Shown piece after piece: positions 46,853 to 56,676 of a DNA stretch of 64,000 nt (position 1 is the stretch's first letter; each line of letters opens with the position of its first letter). The notes under the pieces were generated by a model that had not been told where the DNA came from, did no database searches, and was given only the letters and a program-made list of their open reading frames with translations. The translations under genes were made by a program, and so were the position numbers. Source of the stretch: a virus; IMG/VR virus record IMGVR_UViG_3300008216_002531, positions 32,001 through 96,000 of that record; one strand, 5' to 3'.

Positions 46853-48339
46853 TTGCTCCCGGTGCTCATACCTTGTGGAAAGTTCAGAGAGTCTCCATGA
46901 TTGACCGTCCAAGCCACTTCATGAGTAACGGACCTGAATGTACGAGCGGCGCTGGGCTGTCCGTTTCCAGACTTTTTCACCCCTCCAAATCCAAGATGAG
47001 ATTCAGCAGCAATACTGCCGCCATTCCAGTAGCCAAGACCAAAATCACATTCGTTGCGAATGCGTCGAGCAACCTTAAAACTTTCTGTTACTACGCCAAG
47101 AGCAAGCCCATAGTCAGTGTCATTGTAAATCCTAATAGCATTATCAATTGTATCGTAAGGAATAATTGACACATGCGGCCCGAATACTTCTTGCTTAAGA
47201 TATGGAACATCTCTCCACTCCGTTTGATATACCGTGGGTGTTAAAAACAAGCTATCGCCATCTCTCTCTCCCATTAGCAGAACATCCGCCTCTGGGTCCG
47301 CTTCGACCATCTTGTTAAACTCTATGACTCTTTCGAGTTGCTTTTCATTAATAAGAGGGCCGTAGAAGGTGTTGTCGTCGAATGGGTCTCCAGTCTGTAG
47401 ATCACCACTTCTATTGGCAAATTCGTCTGCAAATTTGTTGTATAGAGAACGATGAACAATTAGCCTGCTAGCAGACACACAACGTTGACCAGATAGTTTG
47501 TAAGCACTAGCCAAGCACGCGGCCATTGCCATGTCATAATTCGCATCTTCATGAACAATTACTGCCGATTTACTTCCCATCTCACAAGAACAGGTTTTGT
47601 GCCAGCTTTCCGCACAGACTTTACGAACATGCATTCCTACGTCGGCGCTTCCAGTGAAGCAAATATGATCCACGTCTTCGTGAATTAGATCATCTCCGAC
47701 TTGTCCATCCCCATGAATCATATTGAAAACGCCCGGCGGAAAACCAGCTTCTCTGTAAAGCTCCGCAGTAATCTGGCCAACCCAAGGTACATCCTCGCTC
47801 GGCTTAAGAATTACAGTATTCCCTTCAACAAGAGCAGGAGCAGCGCACCAAAAACCACCAATCGCAAAAGGAAAATTAAAAGGCGCAATGATCGCAACGA
47901 CCCCTTTTGGCTTCCTAAGCATAAACGCATCTTTTTCTGGCAACTCCGAAGCAATCGCTTCACCATAAGGCATCCTCCCTGTACTAAAGGCATACTGAGC
48001 CATGTGCAACGCTTCGTTAACTTCGGCAACAGACTCGTTAAAAACTTTTCCTGTTTCTGTGCTTATAATTTCTGCAATATGGTCTTTGTTTTCTTCGATT
48101 AACTTTGCAACCTTAAGAAAATATTCTGCTCGTTGAAATCTGCTAAGACTTCTCCATTCACCAAAGGCCTTCTTAGCGGACATATAAGCGGTTTCTACGT
48201 CCAGCAGAGATGCTTGCGGAAAAGCCCCCACGATTGTTCCTGTGGCCGGATTAATACTGTCAAAAAGAGACTCTTCGTCTCCATCAATGAATTGACCATC
48301 AATGTAATGTAATCCCTTTACGATTTGATAAGTTGTCAT
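46849..48339 (-). CDS. NAD(P)-dependent aldehyde dehydrogenase (candidate aminoadipate-/glutamate-semialdehyde dehydrogenase)
   Basis: PFNFP, LKPSE, FTGS..VG, EMGSK, SGQRC (catalytic Cys), EVFGP, FGGVKKSGNG. Confidence 0.93.
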   Translation of the reverse strand: MTTYQIVKGLHYIDGQFIDGDEESLFDSINPATGTIVGAFPQASLLDVETAYMSAKKAFGEWRSLSRFQRAEYFLKVAKLIEENKDHIAEIISTETGKVFNESVAEVNEALHMAQYAFSTGRMPYGEAIASELPEKDAFMLRKPKGVVAIIAPFNFPFAIGGFWCAAPALVEGNTVILKPSEDVPWVGQITAELYREAGFPPGVFNMIHGDGQVGDDLIHEDVDHICFTGSADVGMHVRKVCAESWHKTCSCEMGSKSAVIVHEDANYDMAMAACLASAYKLSGQRCVSASRLIVHRSLYNKFADEFANRSGDLQTGDPFDDNTFYGPLINEKQLERVIEFNKMVEADPEADVLLMGERDGDSLFLTPTVYQTEWRDVPYLKQEVFGPHVSIIPYDTIDNAIRIYNDTDYGLALGVVTESFKVARRIRNECDFGLGYWNGGSIAAESHLGFGGVKKSGNGQPSAARTFRSVTHEVAWTVNHGDSLNFPQGMSTGSK

Positions 48340-48860
48340 TTTGAGTCCTTTGTAGATTCCATTAAATTTTTCACTGAGTTTTGACAGAAGCCCTTTTGGC
48401 CTCGCTCTATTAGCTCTATGATTACCCCGCCTAGATGTGGCAGAGGTTTTGTAAATATTTGCCTGAGTTCATCTTCAGGACAGTCAATAATTTCTTCCGT
48501 GAGAAATTCTACCCCATTATCTCGCCAGTCTTTTACTACGCGGTCTATTCCAAACACTTGATATGCAAAATGGTGCACTCCTCCAACGCCTCCCCTGTCG
48601 GCCACCCATTGCCCCACAATCGAGTTCTCGTCCCCGTCTGATATAAACACTTCTGGAGCAACATGTCTGTGTCCTCCAGCCTCTATGGTGGGAACATTGT
48701 TCATTTTTTCTTTAGGGGTCATCGCAATACATTCAGCCTTGGAGCCGTCATCGAAAACGATATCGAACTCAGTTCCAATTTTATACTGGAGTATTGCGCT
48801 GAGAAAGCTAGCGGTTTTTTGTCTATCTGAAACTCTATAGGCTATATGATCCAATCTCAT
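48336..48860 (-). CDS. VOC-superfamily metalloenzyme resembling the catalytic domain of HPPD / HglS-type 2-oxoacid dioxygenases
   Basis: LDHIAYRV...GGVHHFAYQV...LRQIFTKP...IIELIER..KGF...V..LMES; His/His/Glu triad present. Confidence 0.75.
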   Translation of the reverse strand: MRLDHIAYRVSDRQKTASFLSAILQYKIGTEFDIVFDDGSKAECIAMTPKEKMNNVPTIEAGGHRHVAPEVFISDGDENSIVGQWVADRGGVGGVHHFAYQVFGIDRVVKDWRDNGVEFLTEEIIDCPEDELRQIFTKPLPHLGGVIIELIERGQKGFCQNSVKNLMESTKDSK

Positions 48861-49084
48861 CTATATAGCTTCCTTTTTATATCTACGTACTGTTCTACAG
48901 CTTTGTTAAGATCTTCGTATAATTGACTGAACTTAAATCTATAATCGTCGCAGTCCACTTGATATCGGGCGCCTCGGGCGCCTGAATTGCGCAAGTAGTC
49001 ATTTATGCAGCACAATGACAGTCTATTGCACTCAACTGATGATCCATCTTCTAGCACTCTTGTATAAATATCTGTTTTGGTCAT
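48857..49084 (-). CDS. Hypothetical protein (75 aa)
   Basis: ATGA-coupled to the dnaE-N stop and to the VOC gene. Confidence 0.55.
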   Translation of the reverse strand: MTKTDIYTRVLEDGSSVECNRLSLCCINDYLRNSGARGARYQVDCDDYRFKFSQLYEDLNKAVEQYVDIKRKLYR

Positions 49085-51000
49085 TTGATTATTCCGGTAG
49101 ATAATTGATTAGATACTCCCATGATTTTATCCAGAAAACTGATGCCAAGAATATCAAATTTAACATGGCCCATCGCCTCCAAATCTTGCATCTCCAAACC
49201 CGCGATCTTTTCAGATCCTCTTTTTTCCCTAACCATTGGACACACTTCGCTTAAGTTTTTAGAAGAAATCACTACGCCAGCCGCATGCTTACCTTGAGAT
49301 TTATATGTTCCTTCAAGCCTAATAGCTTGCCCAAACAATCTGCTTAATTCCCCGCTAAGACTGCCATCGTCTTCTATACGACACCATTCTTTAAGTTGTT
49401 CTGGTTGGTTTATCAAAGCCCATCTTATAATAGAAGGGTCTTCCATTTCTTGTAATTGGTCTGAAATTTCTGCTTCAGATGGAATATTTTTGGTGATATA
49501 GTTCATCTCTTCAAAACTGCAAGCGTCGTGTACGCGCAGAACTTCTTTCAGAGATGTGCGACCTTGCATTCGCCCAAGCGTCACCATTTGCCCCACATTC
49601 TCTTTGCCGTATTTTTGACGCATATACTCAATAACGCGCGCTCTTTTTTCGGTGGGGACATCAATATCAATATCTGGAAGAGAAACATGGTCTTCGGTAT
49701 TACGCCCAGCATTGTAAAATCTTTCAAAGATTAGACCGTACTCTATTGGGTCTACCTCTGTTATACCAATCAAGTGTGAAATAAGGCAACCTGCGGCAGA
49801 ACCTCTTCCCGGTCCCGGCAGCCAGCCCTGCTCCCTTACATGGTTTACTATGTCTTGAACTATAAGAAAATATCCTGACAAATTTGCATCCTGTATAACC
49901 GAGAGTTCCTCTTTGATTCTTTCGGCATATAATTTCGAATTAGTTTCTTCTGACGCCTTGCCAGTGTCGGCTATTTTACTTTGCCAGCCATGTCTGCATA
50001 AAGATCGTAAATATTCATCTTCAGACATATTGTCCGGGCAAGAAAATTTAGGGAGCATGGGTTTGCCTAATATGTTGTATTCTTCGCACATATCAGCAAT
50101 TAGCTTGGTGTTGTAGATTTCCTCGTCAGTATTTATAACTTGAATTTCTTCTTCTGAGGGGATGTGATATTTGTTTGAGCAAAAGAAACCGCCTAAGCCA
50201 ACGTCTTCAGAATTGTTAAGCTTTTGCTCTACCTTCTTTAGAGTTGTCCGCATCGCAGAACACAAGAGCACTCTTTGGTCTGGGGCGTCTTCAGAGGAGC
50301 AATAGTGAGAGTCTGCCGTAGCTATACAGGGTATGCCGGTTTTCTTGCTGATATACCTTAAGGCTTCAGCGGTTATTCTTTGGGAGGGACACTGGTCTTG
50401 ATCTATCAATTGTATTTCTAAAAAGAAATTGTCCTTGCCGAAAATGTCTCTATATTTTTCAGCCAGCAGAGTAGTTTTGCTAAGCCAGTCTACATCAATA
50501 TATTGTTTCGCCTCTTCGTAAGTAGCCGCACCATAGGCAGACTTTTTGTCAGCAAATATGATATCTGCAAGTTGGCTTCCTATATGTCCAGAAAAGCTAA
50601 TTAAATTTCCGTCACAGTATTCGGCCAGTGTGTCCAGATCTAATCGTGGCTTGTGGTAAAAGACTTCCTCGTCATTGCTGGCAGAGGTAGCTTCTATCAG
50701 CTTTGTCCAACCCTCTAGATTCTTAGCCAGAACTACCAGATGACTAAGCTTCCTATTGGTTTTATCTTTTACGCAGGGGTCTTGGTCACATAAATAAAAC
50801 TCGCAACCTAAAATGGGTTTTATATTTTTTTCTTTCATCGCCCTGACAAACGAGACGGCCCCTGAGATCGTCCCATGATCGGTCACGGCGCATGCATCGT
50901 ACCCAAGGTTCGAGCAGCGTTCTGCGACCTGTGAGGGCTTCGAGAGACCGTCCAGCAAACTGTAGTGGGTGTGCAAGTGTAGAGGAGTCCAAATTGGCAT
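49081..51000 (-). CDS. dnaE: DNA polymerase III alpha subunit, N-terminal half (PHP, palm, thumb)
   Basis: LHLHTHYSLLDG, TDHG, DSHY, GPGRGSAAG, FERFYN..R, PDIDID, HAAGVVI, KFDILG. Confidence 0.95.
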   Translation of the reverse strand: MPIWTPLHLHTHYSLLDGLSKPSQVAERCSNLGYDACAVTDHGTISGAVSFVRAMKEKNIKPILGCEFYLCDQDPCVKDKTNRKLSHLVVLAKNLEGWTKLIEATSASNDEEVFYHKPRLDLDTLAEYCDGNLISFSGHIGSQLADIIFADKKSAYGAATYEEAKQYIDVDWLSKTTLLAEKYRDIFGKDNFFLEIQLIDQDQCPSQRITAEALRYISKKTGIPCIATADSHYCSSEDAPDQRVLLCSAMRTTLKKVEQKLNNSEDVGLGGFFCSNKYHIPSEEEIQVINTDEEIYNTKLIADMCEEYNILGKPMLPKFSCPDNMSEDEYLRSLCRHGWQSKIADTGKASEETNSKLYAERIKEELSVIQDANLSGYFLIVQDIVNHVREQGWLPGPGRGSAAGCLISHLIGITEVDPIEYGLIFERFYNAGRNTEDHVSLPDIDIDVPTEKRARVIEYMRQKYGKENVGQMVTLGRMQGRTSLKEVLRVHDACSFEEMNYITKNIPSEAEISDQLQEMEDPSIIRWALINQPEQLKEWCRIEDDGSLSGELSRLFGQAIRLEGTYKSQGKHAAGVVISSKNLSEVCPMVREKRGSEKIAGLEMQDLEAMGHVKFDILGISFLDKIMGVSNQLSTGIIK

Positions 51001-51001
51001 T

Positions 51002-51553
51002 TCAGCGTCCTACTGGGTCAAGATCCTTGTATGGCATGTTGTAACAATCTGTGGAAGGTTTCCACCTATTAGAATGATCCATGTCATCCTTTACCCAAAA
51101 GCGGGCCTGTTCAAAGTATTCCTTTGCGTCCTTTTGTCCACAAATCCAAGCCCTGACAGGCTTGTTGTTCTTAAATTGTATACTGGTAAAGATGTATATA
51201 TCCGGTTTTTGATGCGCGCTGGTTTCTGCTACAGAAGCATCGTAATGATCTAGAGGAGGCACAGACCTTCTTTTAGATTTGACTTCAATTTTTTTACCGT
51301 CCTTTATCAAATCATGATTGTACTTCTCCTCACCCTCATTATTGCTGATTATCTCGGCTTGGATGTAATCGGCAACGATCTCCTCCCCGAGATAGCCAGC
51401 AAAATTCCCCTTGCCCTCAAGGATGGAATTATTTATCACACCTAAATTATCAGCCTTAACCTTACAACTCTCTACCATTTCATCGGTAAAGTAGACTTGA
51501 ACAATATTACTTTTTTTTGTTGAACTTTTCATAAATGTATCGTGCTGTCGCAA
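51002..51553 (-). CDS. Hypothetical protein, possible PD-(D/E)xK nuclease
   Basis: G.LGE..VA.Y...Y.HDL..DG.KIEVKSK pattern; true start uncertain. Confidence 0.5.
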   Translation of the reverse strand: MRQHDTFMKSSTKKSNIVQVYFTDEMVESCKVKADNLGVINNSILEGKGNFAGYLGEEIVADYIQAEIISNNEGEEKYNHDLIKDGKKIEVKSKRRSVPPLDHYDASVAETSAHQKPDIYIFTSIQFKNNKPVRAWICGQKDAKEYFEQARFWVKDDMDHSNRWKPSTDCYNMPYKDLDPVGR

Positions 51554-52460
51554 CGTCCTCTATCGCTAGTCCTGTGGCGTCGAATAGTGTTGTCCTACAT
51601 CCGCTAGTTTCTACCCTGCCCTGAATCACTTCTGCTATCGGACACCATATTTGAGAAATCTTATTCTTTTTAGCATACTGTATTTCTCCAGAATGGGAGC
51701 ACTGTGCCCACTCATCATACGCAACTAGATCAACATTTTCAAGAACGCACGGATGCAGTTCTCTTTTTCCTTCTGCGTCTGCTCCAACAGCATTAATATG
51801 AACTACAGGTTTGAGATATCTATACTCAATAAATGGTTGACGTGAAGGGGTTAGCGTTGTAATTATATCCACGTCCCACAAACAATTTTCAAGATCATTA
51901 TGAACTTCTATTTCTACAGGGCTTCCCTGCCTAACTTCTAAATAATTCAATTCATCTTTTAACTTATTTGCTCGTTCTTCACTGAGGTCAAATAATCGAA
52001 CAACCTCAATGTCTCTTACGGCAAGGACCGCTTCTATCTGCCTGAGTGTTTGATTTCCGCAGCCGATAAACGCTGCTTTTTTGGAATACTTGGGGGATAA
52101 GTATCTGGTTGCCACTCCAGTCACTGCGGCGGTACGAATGGCGGTAAGAGTTTCTCCGTCTAAGATTGCTAATAGTTTTCCAGAAGCCACATCGTTTATA
52201 AGAACCTTAGCGAATATGTTAATTTTGCGCTTTGTTCCTGTTTCGTCTAGGTGTACTCCACACCATTTAATCCCCGCCGTATCTCCTACAACCGCTGGCA
52301 TAGATCTGAAATCGCCATTAGGTATGTCCATATACACTTTTGGCGGCATCTGTGTGTTTTCAATGTTTATAAATAAGTCTTCAACAACTTCTATGCATTC
52401 TGGAACTGATAGTATCTGCGCTACTTCGTCGTTTGTAAAGTATTTAACCGGGAGCATCAT
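51507..52460 (-). CDS. Ornithine cyclodeaminase / mu-crystallin family protein
   Basis: MPPKVY...GDFRSMPA, LTAIRTAA, FIGCGNQ, HINAVGAD..GKREL, FDATGLAIEDVA. Confidence 0.9.
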   Translation of the reverse strand: MMLPVKYFTNDEVAQILSVPECIEVVEDLFINIENTQMPPKVYMDIPNGDFRSMPAVVGDTAGIKWCGVHLDETGTKRKINIFAKVLINDVASGKLLAILDGETLTAIRTAAVTGVATRYLSPKYSKKAAFIGCGNQTLRQIEAVLAVRDIEVVRLFDLSEERANKLKDELNYLEVRQGSPVEIEVHNDLENCLWDVDIITTLTPSRQPFIEYRYLKPVVHINAVGADAEGKRELHPCVLENVDLVAYDEWAQCSHSGEIQYAKKNKISQIWCPIAEVIQGRVETSGCRTTLFDATGLAIEDVATARYIYEKFNKKK

Positions 52461-53466
52461 AATACCCTATATTGAAGTCTGGTTTGGTACACTCTGCGCT
52501 TGTCCTTTCAATACCATTCTTTTTGATATGATCTTGCACATATCTACAGATGTTGGTATCTGTACCTTCCCAGTTATTCTTATAATAATCGCAAAGCTTA
52601 GTGCACTTCCAATGCGACTGGCTCTGTGACAATAATTTAGGGCTTTTATTGTTCTTGATTTCGTTAAATCTTTTTCTGAGCATCTTAAGAAATAATTCTT
52701 TAGACCCATCATCAAAGCACAGAGAAAATGGTCCTCCATCTTTTACATAGAAAATGGTCATTATCGCCTGATCGTAATCAGGATACAGCTTGGATATGGC
52801 GTAGTAATAGAGAAGCAATTGCGGGTCACTCTCTAATTTATTATAGTCCTTTTCTTCGCCTGTGGCCCAATTAATTCTTCTACCAGTCTTCCAATCTACA
52901 ACTTCTATAACTCCGTCTTCGGCTTCTGTAACTAAATCTATAGTTCCTTTTATGGCCAGCTTACCCTTTAACTTTGTGCCGTCATCAAGAGTGTAGTCGT
53001 ACTCTGCCCAAGGCTCATCTATCTCTATGTCGAAGTGAGGCTCAGTGTCTACAATCTTTCTGTTTCTGGGGTCAAACTGACCATCATTATAATGCAGACC
53101 CAGCCACGTCCATTTGCGGCATTCGTTTTTTTCTTTGTCTGTATATTCATGGACGCAGTTGGAGGTGTAGTGTTCGAAACTTTTATCTACTATTTTGTTA
53201 ACAAACTCTTCTGAGTATAGTTTGCTACTAGTGAATGTAATCCTTCCAAGTGCGTCGTCTGTGACGCTCATAAGCCCAGACTCTGGAAGGCTCTGGAGCC
53301 TTTTTTTGCACGACGCCAGACACTCCATCACCTTATGGACGATGGTTCCCTGCTGGGCTTTTTTACCTGACGTTGAGGGGAAACCCAAGACATAATTTAT
53401 GTAATACTGCTGCTGACAGTAATCATAACTATTATATGACGAACTTCGTATATAAGCTACGAGCAT
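52444..53466 (-). CDS. Cas4/RecB-like PD-(D/E)xK exonuclease
   Basis: [38 protein letters not shown]-terminal C...C...C cluster. Confidence 0.85.
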   Translation of the reverse strand: MLVAYIRSSSYNSYDYCQQQYYINYVLGFPSTSGKKAQQGTIVHKVMECLASCKKRLQSLPESGLMSVTDDALGRITFTSSKLYSEEFVNKIVDKSFEHYTSNCVHEYTDKEKNECRKWTWLGLHYNDGQFDPRNRKIVDTEPHFDIEIDEPWAEYDYTLDDGTKLKGKLAIKGTIDLVTEAEDGVIEVVDWKTGRRINWATGEEKDYNKLESDPQLLLYYYAISKLYPDYDQAIMTIFYVKDGGPFSLCFDDGSKELFLKMLRKRFNEIKNNKSPKLLSQSQSHWKCTKLCDYYKNNWEGTDTNICRYVQDHIKKNGIERTSAECTKPDFNIGYYDAPG

Positions 53467-54089
53467 TTATTCCACTCCAAGGCTTCTGATATGATTGGGA
53501 ATTCTTCCCTAAAGAGGCCCTTGATTTCATTTGCAATGTCCTGATGCTCTTTCTGAGTTGATAGGTCTGTTCGCAGTTTTATATAATGAATCCAGCTTCT
53601 AACTGTTCCATTCATATACATGCGAGTCTTGGTGCTCAACGGCAATAAAAATCTAGCGCTTTCTTTGGCTATCCCTCTCTCTAATGCTTCTTCGTACAAG
53701 TCGTGTGTTGCATCTTGTATTCTTTGATGTGTGTATTCAAACCAAGTCTTGGTATTTTCAGACAGATCGTCAAAAGAGTTTTGCCTGTTCTTGGTGTCTT
53801 GTCTTCTTGGCTTGACATATTCAAACCCCTGCGCCTTTGCGTATCTTTGACTGAATTCCTGAAAAGAGAAGCTGCGATGTCTGAGGATTTGAGCAGCTAT
53901 TCCTCTAGTTGTGTTGATTTCAACAACCATGTTTGCCATTTCAAAAATAGACCAGTGTCCATGTTTGATACAGAACTTAAGTAAACCAGACACCTCTGGG
54001 TTGTCTTGATTTTTAGGGTTGCTCACTCTGGCGCAGTAACCAATGGTTTCTTCTGCGTCAGGAGTAATGGAAATAAGCTTAACTTTCAT
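53457..54089 (-). CDS. thyX: Flavin-dependent thymidylate synthase
   Basis: [35 protein letters not shown]...TQKEH. Start moved to ATG 54089. Confidence 0.95.
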   Translation of the reverse strand: MKVKLISITPDAEETIGYCARVSNPKNQDNPEVSGLLKFCIKHGHWSIFEMANMVVEINTTRGIAAQILRHRSFSFQEFSQRYAKAQGFEYVKPRRQDTKNRQNSFDDLSENTKTWFEYTHQRIQDATHDLYEEALERGIAKESARFLLPLSTKTRMYMNGTVRSWIHYIKLRTDLSTQKEHQDIANEIKGLFREEFPIISEALEWNKCS

Positions 54090-54808
54090 ACAGGCTCTAG
54101 CCATCCCCATCCTGCGAGAATGTTTAGTAGCTCCTTTGACTGTTCTTCAATGGCCATGTCTTGGTTATCGATTACGGCGTCAAACCCCTCGTAAGTATCG
54201 AGAGCAATTTCACTAGCGTGAGAATCGTCATGGGGCGCTCTGGTAAGGCGAATTACTTTGCCGCCAGCCTCTTGTATCGCTTCTACCTCGTCTGGAAACC
54301 TACAGTCTCCCACAAGAGCCAGAGCGCTCTGTTCTGATTGAATTTGATTGATGCAAAAATCCACCCATACGTCTTCTTTGAGCGATCTGCAAACATCAGT
54401 ACCAAAGTATTGAAGAAACTCTCTGGCTGTAAAATCTTTAATCGGAGATGGAGTATTCTTTTGTTTTTCAGACCCATAGCATTGTTCGTATTTTAGTCCG
54501 AAAAAATTAATGGCTATAGACTTTAGAGAATCAGCAAAGTTATAGGCTTTAACAAAAGGCCACACATTCATAGAGCAGTATTGAACAAATCTGGGTTCTC
54601 TATTGTTGAGATCTAGTACTCCCATCTGTTGAATTTCTTCGCCCTTCTCATCCATAAACGTAGCGTTTACAGACAACTGGCCTCTGTCATCTAAGAGAAA
54701 CTTTTCAATTACTTGATTTCTCTGCAACTCATAGCCATGCAGGAAGTTTATACATGTGGTTTTACCGGCTCTTTTATGACCGCTGATGGCTAGGATTTTT
54801 TGAGACAT
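54086..54808 (-). CDS. Deoxynucleoside monophosphate kinase (phage type)
   Basis: [41 protein letters not shown]. Confidence 0.88.
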   Translation of the reverse strand: MSQKILAISGHKRAGKTTCINFLHGYELQRNQVIEKFLLDDRGQLSVNATFMDEKGEEIQQMGVLDLNNREPRFVQYCSMNVWPFVKAYNFADSLKSIAINFFGLKYEQCYGSEKQKNTPSPIKDFTAREFLQYFGTDVCRSLKEDVWVDFCINQIQSEQSALALVGDCRFPDEVEAIQEAGGKVIRLTRAPHDDSHASEIALDTYEGFDAVIDNQDMAIEEQSKELLNILAGWGWLEPV

Positions 54809-54809
54809 T

Positions 54810-54986
54810 TTATCTTCCTTTTCGGATGTCGTACCAGATAAAGCAATTGAGAGACACCCATAGCAGAAGCTCGGTTAAAAACGCTGGTTTAAAGCCCTCT
54901 ATGATAGCTGAAATCAATGCCGCCCACATAAACACTAGCGCGGCAGTTCTAGCCGTGAATTGTAGCCCCATGTCAAGCCTAGACAT
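54810..54986 (-). CDS. Small two-TM membrane protein (58 aa), not in the ORF track
   Basis: Hand translation MSRLDMGLQFTARTAALVFMWAALISAIIEGFKPAFLTELLLWVSLNCFIWYDIRKGR; fits the gap between 54992 and 54808 on the coding strand. Confidence 0.65.
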   Translation of the reverse strand: MSRLDMGLQFTARTAALVFMWAALISAIIEGFKPAFLTELLLWVSLNCFIWYDIRKGR

Positions 54987-54991
54987 ATGTT

Positions 54992-55606
54992 TTACTTTTT
55001 TCGGGTTTCTTCTTTAAAATCTTCCAAGTCAATTTTCTGTTGCATTTCTTCATTCAAAGCTTCGTGACGCGCGGCCTGTACCGCTCTTCTTTCACTGTTC
55101 TTATATTCCTCAAGTTTTTTTGGATTGTTGTATCCCTTTCCTTTTTTTCTCCGTTCCCGTTTATTTTTTTTCTTGTTGCGTGCTTTTATTTCGTCTTGTT
55201 GTTGTCTGGTTCTGTGAGGTCTTCTCTTGTGCTTCTTTTCCGTAGCTCGATCTGCTATTATAGAACTAAGAACACCATTCGCTTGGGCTAAAGTTCTTTT
55301 CACCCCTTTTCCGAAAAATTCGATCCTGACATGACAGCTTTTACACAGGACTAATAAGCCATCTAAGCTTTTTCCAGATAGGTTTGATTCATCGTAGTGG
55401 TAGTGGTGTATTTGGGCTTGTTTGCTCTTTAAAGGTTTTGCACCACAAGCAACACATTCGTTACCTTCATCTTTAATCAGCCGGGATCTTATATCTTTCC
55501 ACAAGGAGCTTCGTAGGTACTGTTTATAACTGTCAAACCCCAACCATTCTAGAGTTTGGTCTCTAAGGTAATACTCATTGCATATATGATTTATTTTCGT
55601 AGCCAT
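54992..55606 (-). CDS. HNH endonuclease with a basic C-terminal tail
   Basis: Y..YL.S..W...R...CVACG...QIHH..Y...LLVLCKSCH. Confidence 0.8.
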   Translation of the reverse strand: MATKINHICNEYYLRDQTLEWLGFDSYKQYLRSSLWKDIRSRLIKDEGNECVACGAKPLKSKQAQIHHYHYDESNLSGKSLDGLLVLCKSCHVRIEFFGKGVKRTLAQANGVLSSIIADRATEKKHKRRPHRTRQQQDEIKARNKKKNKRERRKKGKGYNNPKKLEEYKNSERRAVQAARHEALNEEMQQKIDLEDFKEETRKK

Positions 55607-55614
55607 TTACTTTT

Positions 55615-56676
55615 TTATAACTGCGGCCTTACGTAAGTCTTGATTTCTTCTACACTCATATCGCCTACGTCTTTTTGTGGGAGATCAACGAATTGAATAT
55701 TGTACATTCTTTCACACTGCTTAGCGATTTTCTCTCTCGCGTGCGTACCGGCCTCGTCCGAATCGGTCATAATGACCAGCTTCAAGGCTCCAGACCTCTC
55801 TAGAATAAGTCGCTGTTGTTCTGCTAATGAGCAGCCAAACATTCCCACTACATTATATATACCAGCCTCGTCCAATCTCCACACATCTCCTTGTCCCTCA
55901 ACCAAAATAGCCGTACTGCTTTCCAGAATGTGATCTTTAGCATGCCAATAATTATATAGAGAAGCGCCAGAATTGAAACCCTTGCTATTTAACCACTTGG
56001 GATTAATATTAGGGCTTGTAGCCCTGCCCACACATCCTATCATGTGTTGATGATTGTTATCATACACAGGGACAACGATCCTGTTGGACATTGGCTTGTT
56101 TGGTGTTGTACATAACCCAACGTCAAACTTTTCTAATGTTTCAGATAAAAAGCCTCTACTAATGTAATAAGGCGCTGGTATTTGTATCCTACTCCTTATT
56201 TCCTCTCTGCTTATACCTTCTCTATACTCTATTTTTTTCTCAAAAACTTTATTTGCCAATTCTGTAAAAGTAACAATATTGGCTTCATACTTCTCAAGAT
56301 TATCGAAAGAAGACTGTAGAAAGTCACAGGCGAATTTAATTGTTTGACCAAAGGTTACATCTTCTTCTGTAGTAGAACTTAATACACCCTGCAAGAATCC
56401 TAGTATGTCTTGCTTGTATTCAGTTTCGCAATGGTGAGTAAAGCATTGCCAATTTCCAATAATCGAATCCCCGGTCGTGAATATGCTTACGGCTGTGGGG
56501 TTGTCCCCACCGTGTACAGGACAGGCAAATGTAACTCTATTATCAAATTGTTCGTATTCTATCTCAAAATACGACAATAGGTCGGTTATACGTTCTACCA
56601 AGCCATTTGAAATAGCCGTTATTTTTCTTCTGTCAGTATTATGTTGCGAATGGAATTTGTTCGTTGTCGTTTTCAT
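55615..56676 (-). CDS. dnaG: DNA primase (Zn-binding domain plus TOPRIM)
   Basis: CPVHGGDN...WQCFTHHC; RIVVP, GR, PKWLNS, LVEGQGDV, MTDSDEAG, KDVGDM. Confidence 0.9.
   Translation of the reverse strand: MKTTTNKFHSQHNTDRRKITAISNGLVERITDLLSYFEIEYEQFDNRVTFACPVHGGDNPTAVSIFTTGDSIIGNWQCFTHHCETEYKQDILGFLQGVLSSTTEEDVTFGQTIKFACDFLQSSFDNLEKYEANIVTFTELANKVFEKKIEYREGISREEIRSRIQIPAPYYISRGFLSETLEKFDVGLCTTPNKPMSNRIVVPVYDNNHQHMIGCVGRATSPNINPKWLNSKGFNSGASLYNYWHAKDHILESSTAILVEGQGDVWRLDEAGIYNVVGMFGCSLAEQQRLILERSGALKLVIMTDSDEAGTHAREKIAKQCERMYNIQFVDLPQKDVGDMSVEEIKTYVRPQL

Noticed and set aside
42150-49140. Split intein or intron joining the two dnaE halves
   Set aside because: dnaE-N stops ~20 aa after KFDILG with no intein N-block, dnaE-C has no HN-[CST] junction, and the intervening DNA is filled with ordinary coupled genes and no evident intron structure.
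52444-53466. CRISPR-Cas system suggested by the Cas4-like gene
   Set aside because: No repeat-spacer array or other cas genes are seen; solo Cas4/RecB-like nucleases are common in phage replication modules.
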